The notes under the pieces are model-generated. The model had not been told where the DNA came from. It ran no database searches and saw only the letters and a list, made by a program, of their open reading frames with translations. From a virus, in the UHGV virus genome UHGV-0128346: DNA of 30,017 nt; one strand, given 5' to 3'. Positions 26,258 through 30,017 of the stretch are shown here, piece by piece (within the stretch, counting starts at the first letter, position 1; each line of letters begins with the position of its first letter). A program made the position numbers and the translations under genes.

Positions 26258-26610
26258 ATGTTTTCGAAATGGAAGGGTTTCTTCGCGGGAAATGTGTACC
26301 ACGAGATCTGAAAGTGAATGAAACAAATGCTGAGTACCTGGTACGTAAATTCGATGCGCTTGAAGCTAAATGTGCGGCACTGGAAAACAAAATAATACCA
26401 GTGTCAGCTGAACTGCCGCCAGCAAATGAAAGTGTTCTGTTATTTGATGCTAACGGAGAAGGCTGGCTAATTGGCTGGCGTTCTCTCTGGTACACCTGGG
26501 GACAAAAAGAAACCGGAGAATGGCAGTGGACATTTCAGGTCGGGGACCTTGAAAACGTCAATATCACTCACTGGGCAGTAATGCCGAAAGCACCGGAGAA
26601 TAAAAAATGA
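26248..26610 (+). CDS. YfdS-like protein (120 aa)
   Basis: Overlaps the previous stop; size and position match yfdS of CPS-53. Confidence 0.5.
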   Translation: MRMNVFEMEGFLRGKCVPRDLKVNETNAEYLVRKFDALEAKCAALENKIIPVSAELPPANESVLLFDANGEGWLIGWRSLWYTWGQKETGEWQWTFQVGDLENVNITHWAVMPKAPENKK

Positions 26611-26810
26611 GCGTGATAAAAACTCATACAGGAATTGTTATCACCCGAGACGGTCCGCAGGTAAAAAAACTGCACCAGACAAAGCGGATGTGGGTCGTCG
26701 GAAAAAACGAGTTTTACCACAAAGAAACCGGACGCCGCCACTTTGCAGAAAATACTCGCCGCCGACTGCTGATCGATACCATCAAGCCTATCGAGGTGAA
26801 GCATGTTTAA
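26607..26810 (+). CDS. Hypothetical protein (67 aa)
   Basis: Start overlaps the upstream stop (ATGA coupling); basic small protein. Confidence 0.45.
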   Translation: MSVIKTHTGIVITRDGPQVKKLHQTKRMWVVGKNEFYHKETGRRHFAENTRRRLLIDTIKPIEVKHV

Positions 26811-27051
26811 ACAGAACGAAAAATCTATCGCTCAAATTGCTGAGTATATCCCGCGTGCGTGCCGGGGTATGCAGTTGCAGGAAGCCAAAGCGCGCCTGGA
26901 GAAAAAAATTGCGCTCTATATTGATGACGGCTGTGATGCCGCCGTTCTTAACGCGGCGTTCGCACCAGCTCTTAACTGTCATACGCGAGAGTCTTTTTTT
27001 TCGTGCATCGCAGCGCAGATCCGTAAAGGAGGCACCAGTGAGCGAGATTGA
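26803..27051 (+). CDS. Hypothetical protein (82 aa)
   Basis: ATG overlaps the end of the previous ORF; competes with the long frame 26690-27823. Confidence 0.4.
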   Translation: MFKQNEKSIAQIAEYIPRACRGMQLQEAKARLEKKIALYIDDGCDAAVLNAAFAPALNCHTRESFFSCIAAQIRKGGTSERD

Positions 27052-27823
27052 CTATCAGGCGTTGCGTAAGGCAGCACAAAACTATCAATCGACTCTGGCG
27101 TGGTATCAGGAAAAGCCAGACAGTCCAAACGCTGAACAGGATTGTGATGCAGCTTTAGCGGCGTTTAAGCGAGAAATCCGTCATCGGGAAGTGGACATTA
27201 TCGCCGGGCTGTTGGATGAGCTGGACGAAAAACAGCAATACATCAAACTCCGCGACCAGGAGAACGAGGATATTGCGCTAACGGTAGGGAAGCTGAGAGT
27301 TGAGCTTGAGGAGACAAAATCAAAACTCAACGAGCAGCGTGTGTATTACGAGGGAGTAATCGCGGATGGAAGTAAGCGCATAGCAGAGTTGCAGACAAAA
27401 TCTGCACCAGATTCGTTTGGCATCATCGGTGAAAATATTCGAACACAGGACAATCATATAACGTCAGACCCTATGTTTTGTGTGTATCAAAAGCGCGAAA
27501 TCGTTGTTGATGCTGATTATGACTATGACCGGATTGTCTGGGTTGATGAAGATGGCAATGAAGCCAATAAACTCCAAAGTCGTCGTCTCGAACTACTTCA
27601 TGAAAACTTTCGGGAGCCACCAGAAAAATGGCGGCGCGTTGCTGTGAAAGATATTGATGAATTCGTTACCTGCTGTTTTACCGAACAGGGTTGTAAAGAC
27701 TACCTGGCAGCCAATGGTCACAATCTTCGCTTGCCATTTATATATGTAAAAAGCGGTTTCAGGAACGCTGAATATATCGGCATAAGAAACTGGCTTGCTG
27801 GCATTCGCATCAAAGGAGAGTGA
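27038..27823 (+). CDS. Ead/Ea22-like coiled-coil protein (261 aa, GTG start inferred)
   Basis: AAAGGAGG ribosome-binding site 7 nt before an in-frame GTG; central coiled-coil; C-terminal region resembles Ea22-family early proteins. Confidence 0.45.
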   Translation: MSEIDYQALRKAAQNYQSTLAWYQEKPDSPNAEQDCDAALAAFKREIRHREVDIIAGLLDELDEKQQYIKLRDQENEDIALTVGKLRVELEETKSKLNEQRVYYEGVIADGSKRIAELQTKSAPDSFGIIGENIRTQDNHITSDPMFCVYQKREIVVDADYDYDRIVWVDEDGNEANKLQSRRLELLHENFREPPEKWRRVAVKDIDEFVTCCFTEQGCKDYLAANGHNLRLPFIYVKSGFRNAEYIGIRNWLAGIRIKGE

Positions 27824-27824
27824 T

Positions 27825-28112
27825 ATGGCAACTTTGCAGGAATTAATCGACCTGACGCCAGAACAGGAAAAAGCGTGGAATCGCCTTGTGAAGGCTGTAA
27901 AGGATTTCAGGGCAGCCGGAGGAAAGTTTTATAGCGTCCTGGACACGCTGAGCGCATACAACGGCGAGCACGTTGCCAGCATTGATAACGATAAGGGCTA
28001 CCACACTGCAAGCGTCTATATGCCTAGCATTGATGCGCCAGGGCTAACCAGTTGGGCTGATGATTGGCACGGCATCACGCTGAAAGATGGCGTTGAAGTG
28101 GATGAGGACTAA
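27825..28112 (+). CDS. Hypothetical protein (95 aa)
   Basis: ATG with AAAGGAGAG ribosome-binding site immediately after the previous stop. Confidence 0.5.
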   Translation: MATLQELIDLTPEQEKAWNRLVKAVKDFRAAGGKFYSVLDTLSAYNGEHVASIDNDKGYHTASVYMPSIDAPGLTSWADDWHGITLKDGVEVDED

Positions 28113-28115
28113 CAC

Positions 28116-28856
28116 ATGACTACTTTTACCGACAAAGAACTGATTAAAGAAATCAGAGAGCGAATCGGCAGCCTGGACGTGCGAGACAATATTGAGCGCC
28201 TGGCTTATGAAATCGCACTGGCATCGCTGGCAGCAGTATCGGATGAACGAGCAGCCTATGAATTATTTATGGAGAAGCGTTTCGGGGAATCTGTAGATCG
28301 CCGTAGGGCAAAAAATGGCGATAGAGAATACATGGCATGGGATATGGCGCTTGGCTGGATTATCTGGTGTCACCGCGCCGCCATGCTTCAGGGTAGCCAA
28401 CCTGTAAGCCAAACTTACAACTTGCCAGAATTAATCGAAGGCATGGAAGTTTCCATTGATGTAAGCACTTGTGATGCTGATTTAGGTAATCGCTATTTCG
28501 GCACCGTCACCGAGGCGTTAGAACTTGATACAGCCAAGAATGGTTACATCCTCCTGGTTCAGGACGCAGAGCCAAACTTCGATGTAAATGGCAACTCTCC
28601 GGGAACTCCGGATAGTTGGGTTATGGTGCCGAAGAGACTAACAGCAGAGAACGGCGCTAAGGGGGTGCTATCCGGTGAATTTTCAGAAACTACGTTTATA
28701 AGCTGCCTGGAATGCTTTGGCGATGATGATTGCGATACCTGTGACGGGAGCGGACGTATTGAAATTAAAGTGCCAGTCACGTGGTCGACCATAAAATCTA
28801 TCTGGGATAAAGGTATCGAGTATTTTGCAGCAAAACCATCACAAGAGGTGAAGTGA
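28116..28856 (+). CDS. Hypothetical protein (246 aa) with C-terminal Cys-rich zinc-ribbon-like motif
   Basis: C-terminal CLECFGDDDCDTCDGSG; no family recognised. Confidence 0.55.
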   Translation: MTTFTDKELIKEIRERIGSLDVRDNIERLAYEIALASLAAVSDERAAYELFMEKRFGESVDRRRAKNGDREYMAWDMALGWIIWCHRAAMLQGSQPVSQTYNLPELIEGMEVSIDVSTCDADLGNRYFGTVTEALELDTAKNGYILLVQDAEPNFDVNGNSPGTPDSWVMVPKRLTAENGAKGVLSGEFSETTFISCLECFGDDDCDTCDGSGRIEIKVPVTWSTIKSIWDKGIEYFAAKPSQEVK

Positions 28857-29428
28857 TGAACAACTTAATGATCGACCTTGAGACGATGGGGAAAAATAAG
28901 GATGCACCGATCGTTTCCATTGGCGCGGTGTTCTTCACTCCAGAAACCGGAGACATCGGACAAGAATTCTATACGGTTGTTAGCCTGGAAAGTGCTATGG
29001 GGCAAGGAGCTACACCTGACGGCGATACCATCCTGTGGTGGTTGAAACAAAGCCCTGAGGCACGAGCTGCAATCTGTATTGATGATACTTTGTCGATCAG
29101 CGATGCTCTCTCAGAACTAAATCATTTCATTAACCGGCACGCAGCCAATACGAAATATTTAAAAGTCTGGGGTAACGGGGCCACCTTCGACAACGTAATT
29201 TTACGTGGAGCTTATGAGCGAGCAGGACAAATCTGCCCGTGGGCATACTGGAATGACCACGATGTACGCACGATCGTTACGCTTGGGCGTTCCATCGGAT
29301 TCGACCCCAAAATAGACATGCCTTTCGATGGCGAACGGCACAACGCCCTGGCCGATGCCCGTCATCAGGCAAAATATGTTTCCGCTATCTGGCAGAAATT
29401 AATTCCTGCCACCAGCACAGAATTATGA
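28853..29428 (+). CDS. DEDDh-type 3'-5' exonuclease (DnaQ-like)
   Basis: Exo motifs IDLETMG (D-x-E), WGNGATFD and HNALADA (H-x4-D). Confidence 0.8.
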   Translation: MMNNLMIDLETMGKNKDAPIVSIGAVFFTPETGDIGQEFYTVVSLESAMGQGATPDGDTILWWLKQSPEARAAICIDDTLSISDALSELNHFINRHAANTKYLKVWGNGATFDNVILRGAYERAGQICPWAYWNDHDVRTIVTLGRSIGFDPKIDMPFDGERHNALADARHQAKYVSAIWQKLIPATSTEL

Positions 29429-29464
29429 TTTTCCCGGGTGCAGCCGGTTTTGATGGAGAAAATT

Positions 29465-29746
29465 ATGAACACCTTGTTTTTACTGATGGCTGAATTCAAT
29501 ACCCCTAACATTGAACTCTCAGCAGTTAGCCAAAAGTACTTTGGCATGAGTCCAGCCACGGCAGAAGCAAAAGCAAACGCTTGTAAGTTGCCCGTTCCAA
29601 CATATCGCATCGGCACATCACAAAAAGCAAAACGTTGCATCAATATTCAGGATCTTGCGGAATACATAGACAAAAGACGAGAAGAAGGACGTATCGAGTG
29701 GGAACAGGTCAGAACAGGCAAACAGAAGGGCAAAGAACATCACTAA
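29465..29746 (+). CDS. PrtN-family / excisionase-like DNA-binding protein
   Basis: ORF track begins at a GTG; an ATG with GGAG ribosome-binding site lies at 29465; KLPVPTYRIGTSQKAKRCINIQDLAEYID resembles PrtN/Xis-like winged helix; last gene of the early-left operon. Confidence 0.45.
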   Translation: MNTLFLLMAEFNTPNIELSAVSQKYFGMSPATAEAKANACKLPVPTYRIGTSQKAKRCINIQDLAEYIDKRREEGRIEWEQVRTGKQKGKEHH

Positions 29747-29750
29747 AGAA

Positions 29751-29776
29751 AAAACCCGCCTAAAGGCGGGTTTTCA
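29751..29776. terminator. Bidirectional intrinsic terminator (AACCCGCC-TAAA-GGCGGGTT)
   Basis: 8-bp stem flanked by an A-run upstream and a T-run downstream on the plus strand; serves the xis-like gene and the convergent small gene. Confidence 0.55.
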
Positions 29777-29793
29777 AAAAGCACCAGCTATGA

Positions 29794-29967
29794 TCATGCT
29801 ACTTTGCGACGACGAAGCTTACCCTGCTGCTCTTTACCAGAGACAGTAGCGTGAGTGAACGCATTAGGAGCAGCCTTCATCAGAACTTCAACAGCAGCCC
29901 CCATACCTGCGAATGCTTTCATTGTGTCGAACTTAACCTGTGGCTTGGTTGCTTTTTGATCTTCCAT
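29794..29967 (-). CDS. Hypothetical small protein (57 aa), convergent to the early-left operon
   Basis: Below the ORF-track size cutoff; translated by hand as MEDQKATKPQVKFDTMKAFAGMGAAVEVLMKAAPNAFTHATVSGKEQQGKLRRRKVA; GGAG ribosome-binding site 8 nt upstream; own terminator. Confidence 0.3.
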   Translation of the reverse strand: MEDQKATKPQVKFDTMKAFAGMGAAVEVLMKAAPNAFTHATVSGKEQQGKLRRRKVA

Positions 29968-30017
29968 AGAAAACTCCAGAAGCTATACCGAAAAAATTCC
30001 TGTTGTTTACTCATCAT

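Noticed and set aside
1-30017. CRISPR arrays, rRNA genes, insertion sequences or transposases
   Set aside because: No spacer-repeat periodicity, no rRNA-like conserved blocks and no transposase-like ORF or terminal inverted repeats were seen; the only tandem repeats are the origin iterons and the in-gene scaffold repeats.

Overview
This window is almost entirely one lambdoid prophage of the enterobacterial (E. coli-like) type, called from protein-level resemblance to phage lambda, phage 21 and K-12 cryptic prophages as I remember them; no searches were run. The early-right and late genes lie on the minus strand, running from high to low coordinates: Cro/YdaS-like (21978-22178), CII/YdaT-like, Rha, a replication initiator with internal iterons, a PerC-like regulator, a Dam-family methyltransferase, a LexA-DNA-binding-domain-only protein, RusA, KilA-N, DUF968/HNH, a lambda-type Q antiterminator, a roughly 3-kb cargo island (AT-rich 176-aa ORF, 64-aa wHTH-like ORF, beta-class methyltransferase, about 1 kb of hairpin-rich non-coding DNA), a phage-21-type lysis cassette (pinholin, SAR endolysin, Rz/Rz1), bor, cos, then Nu1-A-W-B-C-D-E. 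The cI-like S24 repressor (22269-22943) is divergent on the plus strand, followed by a PL-like promoter and an early-left operon (yfdQ/R/S-like genes, DEDDh exonuclease, Xis-like protein). No rRNA, CRISPR array or transposase was seen. The best candidates for something undescribed are the cargo island in the Q-to-holin interval, a 22-nt sequence shared in sense orientation by the late and early-left transcripts just upstream of intrinsic terminators, an ORF-free PL leader with no N-like gene, and several small ORFs inserted in reverse orientation. Coordinates of CDS features follow the supplied ORF track (stop codon included); coordinates of hairpins, promoters and motifs were counted by eye and may be off by 1-2 nt.
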